Below are positions 26,625 to 38,579 of a stretch of DNA of 64,000 bases, in pieces. The number at the start of each line of letters is the position of its first letter. Within the stretch, counting starts at the first letter, position 1. The stretch lies in contig NC_092675.1 of the NCBI RefSeq assembly GCF_964355755.1, positions 21,114,912 through 21,178,911 of the forward strand, given 5' to 3'. The DNA is from Antedon mediterranea. Lineage: Eukaryota; Animalia; Echinodermata. The notes under the pieces are model-generated. The model was not told the origin of the DNA, made no database searches, and saw nothing but the letters and a program-made list of their open reading frames with translations. The position numbers and the translations under genes are program-made.

Positions 26625-28727
26625 TACAGTAAGTTAGGGTCATTATCAATGTTGTTGCAAATGTGTATATTTTGTTATGTAATAGAAATTTTAAACCAGG
26701 AGCTACCCTTGGTTGATAGATATATTAAATAAAGTAGGGCATCCTACATTTGACCTCTTGTTTTTCTCCAAATAAATGTTTATCTAGAAAATTCAATGCA
26801 TATTTTTAAATTGCAGGTTGATATTTTCTCCATATTTAAAAAATAAAAGTTAACCTTTAATTTTAATAGACTTTTAATAACCGTACTAAAGTACATTGTG
26901 TTTAAATTGAAGTTGTTATACAAGATTATTATATGACATGCGACATGCAATCATAGGTAATCCACAAAAGTAATTGCCCATCGTCAATACATAAAACTGG
27001 TCCAATTACTATAGTCACTGGAGTTATTGGTATCACACAATGGGAGTCCATCATTTAGTCTATCATATATCAATCATCACCCTGTCAAACTCAAATTGTA
27101 CATATTTTAGGTAGTACCAGTACATTATTATATATAATATTAACGTTCTTTATCCCCAAATTGCGAACGTGATCTGTAAGATACAGTAGGGTCGCATTTT
27201 AATGGTACCAAATAAAATTGCTGATTATTATTTTCAATAAATTTGTATTCATTACTTTCATTTCTGTGTCATTGCTGGGTCATGTGTATATACCAGTAAC
27301 TTGTTTTACTATTAAGGCTCGTATTTTAATTCTTTTTTATCTTTTGAAATATATATATATATGAATTGTTCTATTAAATGGCCAACAACCATTCAGCACA
27401 TCTTGGCCATATTTACACAACAAAGGTCGCTAAGAGGTCAAAGATAATGCTGTAGGATGGGCATCAGCTAGCTATACTATAAAATATTTATTTGTAATCA
27501 CTTCCTATCATTATCACTAGCAATAGAATAAAGCAAATCAATAGATACTTATCACTTTACATAACTCAGATTTTAATCAATTAACTAAACTTGAACTTTA
27601 TTATATCCTAAATACTTCATAAACTCCGCCTTTTTTACACCGATTTACACTTGTAGTCCACATGAATGATGTGGTAAATATCTAACTTAAGAATGTCTTA
27701 ACTATTCTACAGTACTAATTATTCTGTGTTTGTATACTGCAATCAAACCCATCCATATTAATGGTATAGTCCAAAAATGTTTACCCTAAATATAACCGAA
27801 CACACAAACTACTTTTGTACAGTAATAGCCCTTTTATCCGAGGAAAGGCTATTGTAACTTCAGGGGTGCTATACACAGAATGTAAAAATATTTTAAGTTA
27901 AGTTAAACAAACACTTTTGGTTTGTGGTTTATTTTACACACAGTAATACAATGAATACAGTTTGACCTTTTATAATTTAATGTGCATGTATAGTTGTGAT
28001 ATAGAACATTATTGTTGACCTTTCAAGTTGACCTCATTATGTTTATGTCCTACTGTGAAAAGTTTACTGCTATGATGGGATGATGTGAAATGCTATAAAG
28101 TTTAATACACAGTATTGTACATATAAAAGCAACAATAATATAATAATTTATTGAGAATAACTACTGTACTAGTCTACAGAGAAAGAAAACTATACAACTT
28201 TAGTTTTATTGAGTTTGGTTAGATATTATATCTTGAAAACTCCTATTAGTTGGTATGACAACTTTGTTGTTGAAACAACTGGTATTTTTTTGGTTTATTT
28301 TGTATCTCATTATAATAGAAACATTTTGTTTAACAAATAACTGTAAAGAGAAGAAATACAATTATTGGTATTAAAAGACTTTTAAAATAATCCTTCACAC
28401 ATATTGCATAATATGTCTATTTTGATTTATTGTAGTAACTGAAAAATAAGATGATATGGCGCCAATATAATATAATTTGCTTCCATTCTATTGTATTATG
28501 GCCGAACTTAATTAGAATAATGAAATTTAAACACTTTTTAAGAACGGCGAGGTTTTAATACTATAAGGATTATAATATAAATGAATAAATTTACACTCAT
28601 ATTTATCTTAAAAATTAATCTATAAAAGATTATTATATTAATAATAACTTATAATTTGTACTTGCTTTCTAGAAAGAAATGAAAAAATAATAAAATCACT
28701 GAAATATATTCTGTATGGTAGGCTTAA

Positions 28728-30108
28728 AGTGGAGCTCCACCCAGAAAATTACTATTTTTCATACATTTCAACTATTATTTAAAAATATCATCGCTTATAC
28801 TTCATATTTTTTTGAAATTTTTTTCAATGAGTACGATTTTCTTGAAAATCACGCCTTTTTGCGTTTTGGGGGGATACCTTGTAATTTCCTATTCTTTTAC
28901 ATGCAAAAGGGGGGTATATTTGAATAATCCTAAAAAATTCATTTCTTCACCAAAAAAAAAATGTCAAATGAATATTTATGTAATTTTTCCAGATCTTTCT
29001 ATTTCTGGTATTTTTATCACGTATACATTGCGCAATTTTGCGTAAATAGACACTTTCCCCCGTTCGGGTCCAATTGGGTTTTTTATTTTGCTAGGGAGTA
29101 CGATCACGTGACATTTTTCACAATCACACTACACTGCAGCTGGCGATCTGTTATTTTGTCGCGATGTTATTTTTGACGGGCGAAAAGTATATTAAAACAT
29201 TCTGAATGTGACCCTATTATGTTTCACAGTGTAATAATGTGATTATGAGACTATTACTAAAATGTCAAATTTAACGAGATTTGAGAAAGACGTGGCTATA
29301 TATTCAATAAAGCTAGGCCTAGGCCTACTAGAGTGTAGGTATGTACCGATGCTGCGTGGCCTCTAGCTAGGCTAGGCTGACAGCAGTGAAGTTTGTTTTG
29401 CTGGCACCCGACCTTGGCCTACCCATGGGCCATGATAGGGTGCCTGAATAGTTGCTTTTCAGTCAGGTCTAAGCTTGCACATCGCTTTACTACTCTTGTT
29501 TTGTATACTATAGGATTTTGTGTTTCACAATTCTTAATGTGCGAGAAAACCCAGGAACGATAAATGGGGCGAAACGACCATGCCTATGAATACATAGGCC
29601 TATAGACAAAAATTCAAGGCTAGCTAGGCTGAGCAGACGCTGAGCTAGGCCTAGCCCTAGCTTAAAGTTAAAAGCAATCTGATAAGATTATTATGCTGTT
29701 GTTGTACAGTGAAAATCATGAGGTTACATGTAAATTATACTGACATTCTTATCGGAAATATTACTTAGGCCTAAACAAATCGTATTAACTAATTGTGTGT
29801 ATAAAATTTATTCCCCATTTTTCGACACATAATTTACCAAAGGGGAGACATTTCATCAATGCGTTGACCGGCGACTAAAACGCGTCAGTCGCTAAGTGTA
29901 ACGCGTTTTGCGACGTATTGTAAACTAATAACCCCTAAGTTACTGAAAAACTGTAATGTGTTAAAAAACACTATTTTCTGACCAATTTTTTAGAAATGAG
30001 TTTTTGGAAAATATTTCCGTATTTTTCCTGTTTTTTTTTATGTAATCACTTTCAATTAAACATACTTAAACATAATATAAGCTGAGAAAGTCTGAGTGTA
30101 GCTCCACT
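28728..30108. mobile_element. Non-autonomous Kolobok-type DNA transposon (1,381 bp)
   Basis: TTAA on both flanks; TIRs AGTGGAGCTCCACCCAGA / TCTGAGTGTAGCTCCACT. Purine-purine start fits Kolobok rather than the CCC of piggyBac. CpG-rich interior without a transposase ORF. Confidence 0.85.
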
Positions 30109-30316
30109 TTAAATTAAATGCTAATTCAAACATAGGCAATCACACAACCATGATTAGAAAAGTCTACAAAAACATCTTATATTTTCATTTAAAAACTAAT
30201 TTTCCAGAGGCTTTTGGCCTATTTTGCTACTCATTGGCACAACCAGCTTTTTGTTTGCCGAAATTAATAAAAAAAAAATAGAAACTTTATAATTCATGTA
30301 AGTACACTATGTTTTA

Positions 30317-30511
30317 AGGCCAATTTAGACAGACGAGCAAAAACGGTAGGTGGAAAAGTGTTTAGCTTGTCCCACGTACAATCTGAATCTATGCTAATCA
30401 AGTTTTCCGTTCCACGTAAATAAGAAATAATATCTTACTTGAAAGTAAGATATTATTTCTTGAATTAATAGATTCTATATTTTTATTTTCTGCTTTTGTG
30501 TAAATTGGCCT
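30317..30511. mobile_element. PIF/Harbinger-type MITE with TTA duplication and internal perfect hairpin
   Basis: TTA|AGGCCAATTTAGACA ... TGTGTAAATTGGCCT|TTA; perfect 19-bp inverted repeat at 30422-30461. Confidence 0.75.
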
Positions 30512-31858
30512 TTATGGAAAGGTATACCTAATTTGGTGAAATTCCATAATGTATGGTTATAATTAGGAAACAATAAAATTAAGAATATGTGTGAAAATAA
30601 TATTTCAAATGAAGTACACTAGAATAAAGATTTAAATAAATCACACAAGAAAGTTCAAGGCCGACCTGTGGATGTATTTGGTATTTAATTGACAATGTTT
30701 GGCAAAGCCTATTGGTTGGTTAAATACAGCAGTTGTCATAGGAGACTGACTTTTGCCCCTCAGGGGGAGTGGTATAGTCAGCTTACACAGCAGGCCCCTC
30801 TATTTTCTTGTTGATTGCCTGAAATTAGAATCTACATAGGAGGGCACAAATACTAGGCACAAGTGAGACTTTAAACGTGAACTAGAACAAGATCTATTGT
30901 CACCTATTTTCAGACGGTTTATTTTTGTACATTATAAGAAAATGTTGATTTTTAATAATGAATGATTATATCAAATAAAATCACACAAAAATGTTCACTA
31001 ATGTGTAATCTATTCGAATACTAGAGAAACCCTGACTTGTCAAACTAAACTTGCCTGATCTTTAAAAAAAAAAAGAAAAAAGATGGCTGACAGAAATGAT
31101 AATTCAAAGCCTGACATTAAAATCCTGCAAACTACGCCAGTCACAACAGAGCAATCGTTTCAACTAATAACACTCCTAAGCAATTAAGTGCATTTAGTGA
31201 AAAGTTAATAATCAACCAAGTGTAAACATAGAGGTGTAGTTCATAAGAGGACAAACGTCTGGCCATTGCTGGATGCTAAAGTCCAATGCTGGATAAACTC
31301 TAACAGTTTCGTTATAATGAAACAAAATAAAACATCACTGACTGAATTATCTGGTACAGTAGATTCAAAATCGGAGTATAAAAGAAATGATATTTTTTAA
31401 TATATTATAATATAGGTGGTATAAAATAGAGACTATAGTTTATTGTTATTGTTACACAAGAAAAAACAAAGAATATAACTGCACATAGCAGGTGAATGTG
31501 ACATCCTGTTTCACATATAATGTTTCTTTTTGGAAACGACGATGATAGAACTACAAAAATTAAAACATATCAAAATAAAGAAAACATCATTTAATTTGTC
31601 CACTTAAAATTCAGTACGCTTCAGTACATTCTTTGAGGGATATTTGTTTTATAACACACCTACTGTTTAATCAAAACCAAACTGTAACTCTTCTGCTTCC
31701 AATTGAATGTTGAAGGCAGGAGGCTAGGCCATGCAAAAAGAGGAGGAATTGACGACGGCACACTTTGTGGCAGAAATGAGGGGGGAAAGAGCTGGAATGA
31801 TTCAAGCCTCTTTAAACAGGACAATGTTTTACAATAGCCATATTAACAGTAGCTCTAT

Positions 31859-32499
31859 GACCCCATTTACACTTACGATTTAGGCCGGCCCTGGGTCGGC
31901 AATTGATAAGTGTAAATACTCCAAAAAGTTAGGCCGGCCCTGGGCCGGACGCAGATCTGGGCCACCTCTCCAGGTAGGTTCAGGAGCGGCTTTTACGTTT
32001 GGGCCGGCTTACGCAGTGAACTGTGAACAATGTTTGACCTTTTTATGAGGTTGTTGTTATGACGATCCGACATTTTCAGTACATACCTTCCTCCTTTTCG
32101 GGCGACAATTTGTTTTCTTCATCATTTATATAGTTAAATTTATTTTCAGACATCTTCTTTCAATAAAGTATTCCTCCGCTTGTTTCGCATATACATAAAA
32201 TACAGCCATATTATATATAAAACAGTGGAGTTCATTTTGTTTTTAATGGGACAAAAAAACAACAATACAGTATAAATATAAAAGGTCGGTTCGCGCGGAG
32301 AGTTGAATTGACGATCGAGAGAGAAAAATGTAAACAAACTGTACTTCGTATCCCAGCATGCAATGGTACTTCCGATAAAATTATTTACGACCAGTAATCT
32401 GCGTCGCTTGTGTAAACGCTCTGGGGCCGGCCTAAAAGGTAAATATTTGCAACCGGCCCAGGACCGGCCCTGGACCCAAACGTAAGTGTAAATGGGGTC
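31859..32499. mobile_element. PIF/Harbinger-type MITE (641 bp), 3-bp TAT duplication
   Basis: Perfect 19-bp TIRs GACCCCATTTACACTTACG / CGTAAGTGTAAATGGGGTC, subterminal GGCCGGCC repeats, TAT on both flanks. Confidence 0.92.
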
Positions 32500-32511
32500 T
32501 ATGACACATAA

Positions 32512-32609
32512 GCCCTTTTCACATAGAAATTGCAGTGAGCCAGCATTATTGTCAGCCTAGACCTGAAGGAAGTATTGTGATAATTTTACCGTTCTGCGTG
32601 AAAGGGGTC
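32512..32609. mobile_element. Small degenerate MITE
   Basis: Imperfect TIRs GCCCTTTTCACATAGAA / TTCTGCGTGAAAGGGGTC. Confidence 0.55.
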
Positions 32610-33192
32610 GCAGCAAAATTGTAGCCTTGTACAAAGTGTAATAATGTCAATTGAGATGAGCACATGATTTTCTAACAATTGTTTAAAACAATTTCTAATC
32701 ATCTATATTTAATATGACTGTAAAGTTCCCTTTAATTTTTATTTCAACAGCCTTTTCTTAGCGAGTGTTTGTTTGTAAATTGCATTTTATTGTTAAAATA
32801 CTAAAATATTATGTAAGAAAATAATGTATAGAGCTACTACGTAGGCTAAGACAAATGAGGCAATGGGTCTCAGAGGGCCATACCGTCCATTGCGCCTTGT
32901 CACACTGTTGGTTGGAATTTCAACATTACTCTACTTGAATATTGATTTTTATCACCAGTTAACTATCATGCAATGGAAAAAAACACATAAAATACAATTT
33001 TCTCAGAGTTTTGTTGAATAGTCAAGCAGAAAGCTGTTAATCACATGAATTATATCGCCAGGTTATATATTACTTATCACTATTTTCTTTTATGAATAAA
33101 ATTGAATTAATCACCAGGTTGGAAAAAGTTTTCCAAAAATGTTAATAAATTGATATCAGCCAACTATTCTTTGTATTTTGCTATTATTGCTT

Positions 33193-33295
33193 GTATAAGG
33201 TATATTTTATACAATATTTATAAGGTATATTTTATACAATATGTATAAGGTATATTTTTATACAATATTTATAAGGGTTATGTTTTTATACAATG
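33193..33295. repeat. Minisatellite, ~25-bp unit x ~4
   Basis: Unit TATAAGGTATATTTTATACAATAT(T/G). Confidence 0.9.
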
Positions 33296-33297
33296 TT

Positions 33298-33590
33298 TTT
33301 GCTGCGAAAAAATAACTGTTTGAATAAATAAACCTCAGTTTTTCTTGGAAGCAGAAACTGGAAACATTTTCAATATAACCGGTTAAATGGTAGTTTCAAA
33401 ATAACTGTTTAAAAACATCGGTGTTGGAACGCCTTTTAACCGGTTGTTGCTGTGCAACTTTTAGCTGCAACTATGATTTAAACGGTTATTTTGGAGCACA
33501 AATTTAGAAGAAATGCAGTCGATTAAATATTTTAAATAGATTTTTTTTTAAATGGTATAGTAGTAGGCGCTATGCAGCAGAAACAGACCT
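33298..33590. mobile_element. Degenerate MITE, same family as 26465-26624
   Basis: TAACCGGTT repeats, end GCAGCAGAAACAGACCT, inverted homology to the 26.5-kb copy. Confidence 0.7.
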
Positions 33591-35940
33591 AAGAAATAAT
33601 GTCTTATTGTTATAATAATCATACAAAAACAATAAACATATGAATCATTTGGTTGGCTGTCAAAGTTATTACACTTTGAAAATTTAAAAAAAATAACACT
33701 ACAGTTTTATAAAATTTAATACTGAAAAAGAAGAAATGCCCTAAAGTTACCAAGATCAATGCTTTTTAAAATTCACTTTGAGTCAATATTAAAAATTCAG
33801 GTTTATTAATTATGGAAATATGATATCTGGGGAGGGTCAGAGAAAGTCAAATACTTGTGAACTATTTCCACTTGCTGGCACTCACAATTATTGCATATCC
33901 CACAATACACTTGAAATGAGTCATCATCATTGTATCCATTTGTTAATGCTTTATCCTGGAGATTCTGCCCATTGTTGAACATCCTAGGATCAAGAGATGG
34001 CTATAACAGACATTACCAGTCTATATTAATAATTATATTTATTAATTAACACACATATTCAGTTTTTATATCAATTCAAAAACTTTGACAAATTATTAAT
34101 TATTCGATATATTGAAACTGAATGCTTCTTAGTAATATATTTGTATTATTTCAATATCCGAAAAACATAAATTTATTTCAAATTATGGTATTAACAATTA
34201 TTACTTATTAAATGGTGTTGTAGTTGTTTTAGCAATTTAGTTTGGAATTTCAATTAAAAAAACAATTATGATCTAAAATAATCTATAACTTAATTTTAAT
34301 ACTCTTAATAATTTTTAGTCATTTTTAGTAATACCGTATACACACTTCACTGGAGTTCGAAAAAGTTGTTACAAACAATTCATTGAAAATTATCAAAACT
34401 TATTTAATTACAGAGAGCAGAATTAGAAAATACATTTGATAGTAATCCATTAGACAGTTGACTCCCTAAGCTACTAAATAATCTGGTACAAAGAATAGAT
34501 TTTGCTTATTGCAGTACGACTTAGCTCATCCAATAATAATAAATATTTCTGTACATAAGCCGGGGAATATAAAAACGCATTACTTTTAGACATAGACTGA
34601 CGGAGTTTACATTAATTGATGGTAAAAAAAATTACAGTGTGAATAAATAGTTAGGATTAATTCAGTCGTTAATTGACTGAGCTGTCCCCTCCTCTTTGTG
34701 TCTTGATAAAGTGTTGAAATCTTGACCGCGATATTATGCTTATCATTCTAAATACATCAGTAACAACACAATGTTAGCGTTCCTTTCATCAAATTTAGCC
34801 TTAAGTAGGTTAAATATTTCCAGTTGGGTAGTTTTCTGTATTTATTAGGAATAAAACTGTGAGTTTTATCAATCCCCATGGACCCATGAAGACTAGAGTC
34901 AACGGCCTGACTCCTTGGGCCTTCAGGTTTGGATTTACAGTAATATTCCCATTCACATTGTTCAATTCTCGTCTTTTCATCATTTTTACTTCCTGATTTC
35001 CTTTATGGATTTGCAGATGTGTGTCTAACATAACACAATGGTGTGCGAGTGAGAGCGTTCGGTTCTCATTAATGACCTATCATCACATATTATTACATTC
35101 TCCCATTAACATTTCAGCCTCTCAGATTAATTTTCTAATATATTTTATTAGGGTTAGCAACGCATAATGCTGCATTGAATTTCCCGGAAAAGGGCTTAAT
35201 TTTAATAATTTTTATTTTATTACCAATCATTACAAAACATTAGTGAAACTGAAATAGCAGATGGTATGTTTTCCATCTAGGTTGGAAGGCTGGTTTAATA
35301 CGATTGAAGGAATAATAAGGGTCTACCCTTGATATGTGTTAACATCCTAGCTTCATTGACAACAACGTGCTTTGTAGTACGCTAAATCTGTAATCCACAC
35401 AGGAAAAGGTGTAAGTTTATTGCCTTAGTGCTATTGATACTATTCACCGCTATGTTTGAATCTGTCCATCAAACCAACTGCTTACAAATAGCCCGACGAA
35501 TGCGACGCCTCTTCTGTATTAACAGTAGAAATTCCATGGTTCGATGATCGCTTCAAAAGGGAGTCACTATTGTCTCTCGCAAATCAATTCTGATGGCATA
35601 TGTGACCTGCGCTGGGGGAAGTGTCGGTAAATATGTTAAGACAGGTGATTCAATCCACCTCCAAAACACCCTCCGTGAGTAACTGGAATAAGGAACTGAA
35701 AAGGATAAAAACGGCTAAAGTCGGACGCCATAAAGCTTGTATTTTTATAGTCTTATAGACTTTGTATTGGCTTAGCCTTGACCATAGCTTTGATATCAAA
35801 CCACTCTTGCAGGTTAAAATAAATTCAAGGGCAATCAACCTTCCTGCTTGGCAAATTTTCTTAATTCCTTCAAGTTTAAAAACCTTGATCAAACAAAAAT
35901 GATTCCAAATATTAACATTGTTCATTACGGCAAATTCTTC

Positions 35941-36075
35941 TAGTCAGGACACTGATGATGGCCTGTGATCAGGCCACTGATATGGCCTACAGTATAGTCA
36001 GGATACCGATGATGGCCTCTACTCTAGTCAGGACACTGATGATGGCCTCTATTCAGGACACTGATGGCGTCTACA
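35941..36075. repeat. Degenerate minisatellite, ~25-31-bp unit x ~5
   Basis: Recurrent TCAGGACACTGATGATGGCCT. Confidence 0.85.
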
Positions 36076-36099
36076 GTTTAATGCCAATTTTATAACTAA

Positions 36100-36360
36100 A
36101 CTGTCTTGTTTTGTCCCTGTCCTTACGTCCTGTATTTTGAATCCTATTTTCTTGAATTTTAGTCCGCTTTACTTGTGTCTGTAAATAGGCTGGCCCGCCA
36201 CAAGATTTCTATCTTCTTGGGCACTGCCTACTTCCTCTTATTGATTAATGTATACTTTTTTTTATCATCAATTGCCTTGTTATAAATTTTACTGGAATTT
36301 ATTATGTTTACCTCATTTTCTTGAAGGAAGAAATAAATGTTAAGTTGAATTGAATTGAAT
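36100..36360 (+). mobile_element. CR1/L2-group LINE 3' UTR and tail
   Basis: T-rich UTR, stem-loop GGCTGGCCC..CAAGA..TCTTGGGCACTGCC, AATAAA, then a (TTGAA)n tail. Confidence 0.6.
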
Positions 36361-38114
36361 GATCTGCAGAACCCAGTACAGTACACTAAACACAATTTTT
36401 AACCCATTTTTTTGTGGATTTTGTCTTCTTGATACAATATCGTGAATAAAATAAAACCCTTATTATTTCATAGTATATGTGACATAACTTTAAGCGGTTT
36501 ATTATTTTATTTATTACCTTATCTGTAAACTGTATTCCCATTAAAGTTTACAGATCTACATCATTACCAGAGCTACCATAAAACTGTTGTGCTTTGTCAA
36601 TAGAGTCTTCAACAAAATAATTGTGTTTCAATGGTTTGAGGGATTAGTATTTATCACCTTGAAATTATGCAAAGTGATAATCAAGAACATTAAATTAACC
36701 CAGATTCTTAACTTATTAAGACTCTAACCAATCATTTTATTAGATACCAGAATATATCAATAAAAACAAGCCAGTTTACTGTACATTATCTGTATTGCAA
36801 TTAACCTTAATATTTGTATTGAAGAGTTGAAGACAAAAAAGCAATTTGTTTGGAAAACATTTTTATACTAAATTTGTTGTAGAACAAATGAACACAATTT
36901 TAAATATTGGCTAAAATCTGCAAAAAAATTTAAAGTATGAAATTTGTGTCTGAATTAACTGAAAACTGAAATAAAAAGAACAAATTATAATAATTTTAAG
37001 GAAAAAGGGGTTTCACAATAATAATTATTTATGTGCGAAACAGTTATATCATTTATTTAATTGAATTAATCATCTATAGATTATTTGTAAGAATGAATGT
37101 ATGTAGTATAAAGACAAGATATATATATATACTATTTCAAAACACTAAAATTTCAGATTCAAGAATTTTCCCTCACATGTCCCCATATCACCATCTTTAT
37201 GAAGAACGACTTGGATTAATGAAACTAAAGGCAGGAGAAAGATAACATTTCCAAAAAAAAAAAAAGTAATGAATAAGTTTTCTTGTGAAAGATCGTTTGT
37301 TTTTAGTTTCGAAGAAAAGTTCAGTACAAACAAGGTTATACGTAAAGTTTAGCTATCATAATCACTTTGAGAAAATGTCATCAGACTGAAGCTCTAGAAA
37401 ACTAATGCAAATAAACACAAATTGAAGAAGATCTATTTAATGTAATACTATCCCCATAATGGTGATTTTTATCTGTATTCCTTGTCTACAATTGTCTTTG
37501 ATAATTTCACATAAAACTAAAGGTATCAGGTATTGCAAGATGACATAAACGACCAGCACTTCTATACTTGGCATATCAGACCAAAAGCATGTGTTAGCCA
37601 AAGGGTAATAGAGCTTAATCAGGCATTTCAGACCAACAGAATGTGCTCACCAAAGGTAATAGAAGCCAACCGTAAAATGTGTTTTTCTATCCCTGTTCAG
37701 GTTTTTCGTTGGAAATGTTTCCTTACGAGGCAAGCGGGAGAAAATTGACTTTAAGATTCACAAAATTTCACTGATTTTGTTTTAGAACTTAATTGTAAAT
37801 ATGAGGCATGCGAGAGAAACATCATCTTCAGTAGGAAACAGAATTCTGGGTTAAGGTGTTTTTGAATTAAGGGTAAGACAATTAGAAATCTCTGGGTACA
37901 ATATTCAAAACCTTTTAACACCATTTACCCTAATAAGCTTGACAGCCTTTATAAGCATCAAAGTCCTTCCTAACTCAAGACCTACATTTAGCATATACTT
38001 TTTAATGCTTTATCAAAACATTGGAAGATTTTTTTTTTGGATCAAAAAGACTTAGAATAGAAATGTTAGTGCATTTAATTTGTTTTGATAACTATACATA
38101 CGCGAGTATAATCC

Positions 38115-38579
38115 AAGTACCCCCTAACTTAGCCTAAATTAAGTACCCCCTAACTTAGCCTAAATTAAGTATCCCCTAACTTAGGCTAAATTAAGTATCC
38201 CCTAACTTAGGCTAAATTAAGTACCCCCTAACTTAGGCTAAATTAAGTACCCCCTAACTTAGCCTAAATTAAGTATCCCCTAACTTAGGCTAAATTAAGT
38301 ACCCCCTAACTTAGCCTAAATTAAGTATCCCCTAACTTAGGCTAAATTAAGTATCCCCTAACTTAGGCTAAATTAAGTACCCCCTAACTTAGGCTAAATT
38401 AAGTACCCCCTAACTTAGGCTAAATTAAGTACCCCCTAACTTAGGCTAAATTAAGTACCCCCTAACTTAGGCTAAATTAAGTATCCCTAACTTAGGCTAA
38501 ATTAAGTACCCCTAACTTAGGCTAAATTAAGTACCCCCTAACTTAGGCTAAATTAAGTACCCCTAACTTAGGCTAAATT
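38115..38579. repeat. Homogeneous 26-bp minisatellite, 18 copies
   Basis: Unit AAGTA(C/T)CCCCTAACTTAG(G/C)CTAAATT; three units are 25 bp; no spacers. Confidence 0.97.

Noticed and set aside
35280-35930. Degenerate LINE reverse-transcriptase fragment (PWFDD in one plus frame)
   Set aside because: Frames are interrupted by stops and I could not find additional RT or endonuclease motifs; needs a translated search.
38115-38579. CRISPR array or true interstitial telomere
   Set aside because: Units are head-to-tail without unique spacers, the context is eukaryotic, and CCCTAA is not tandemly repeated.
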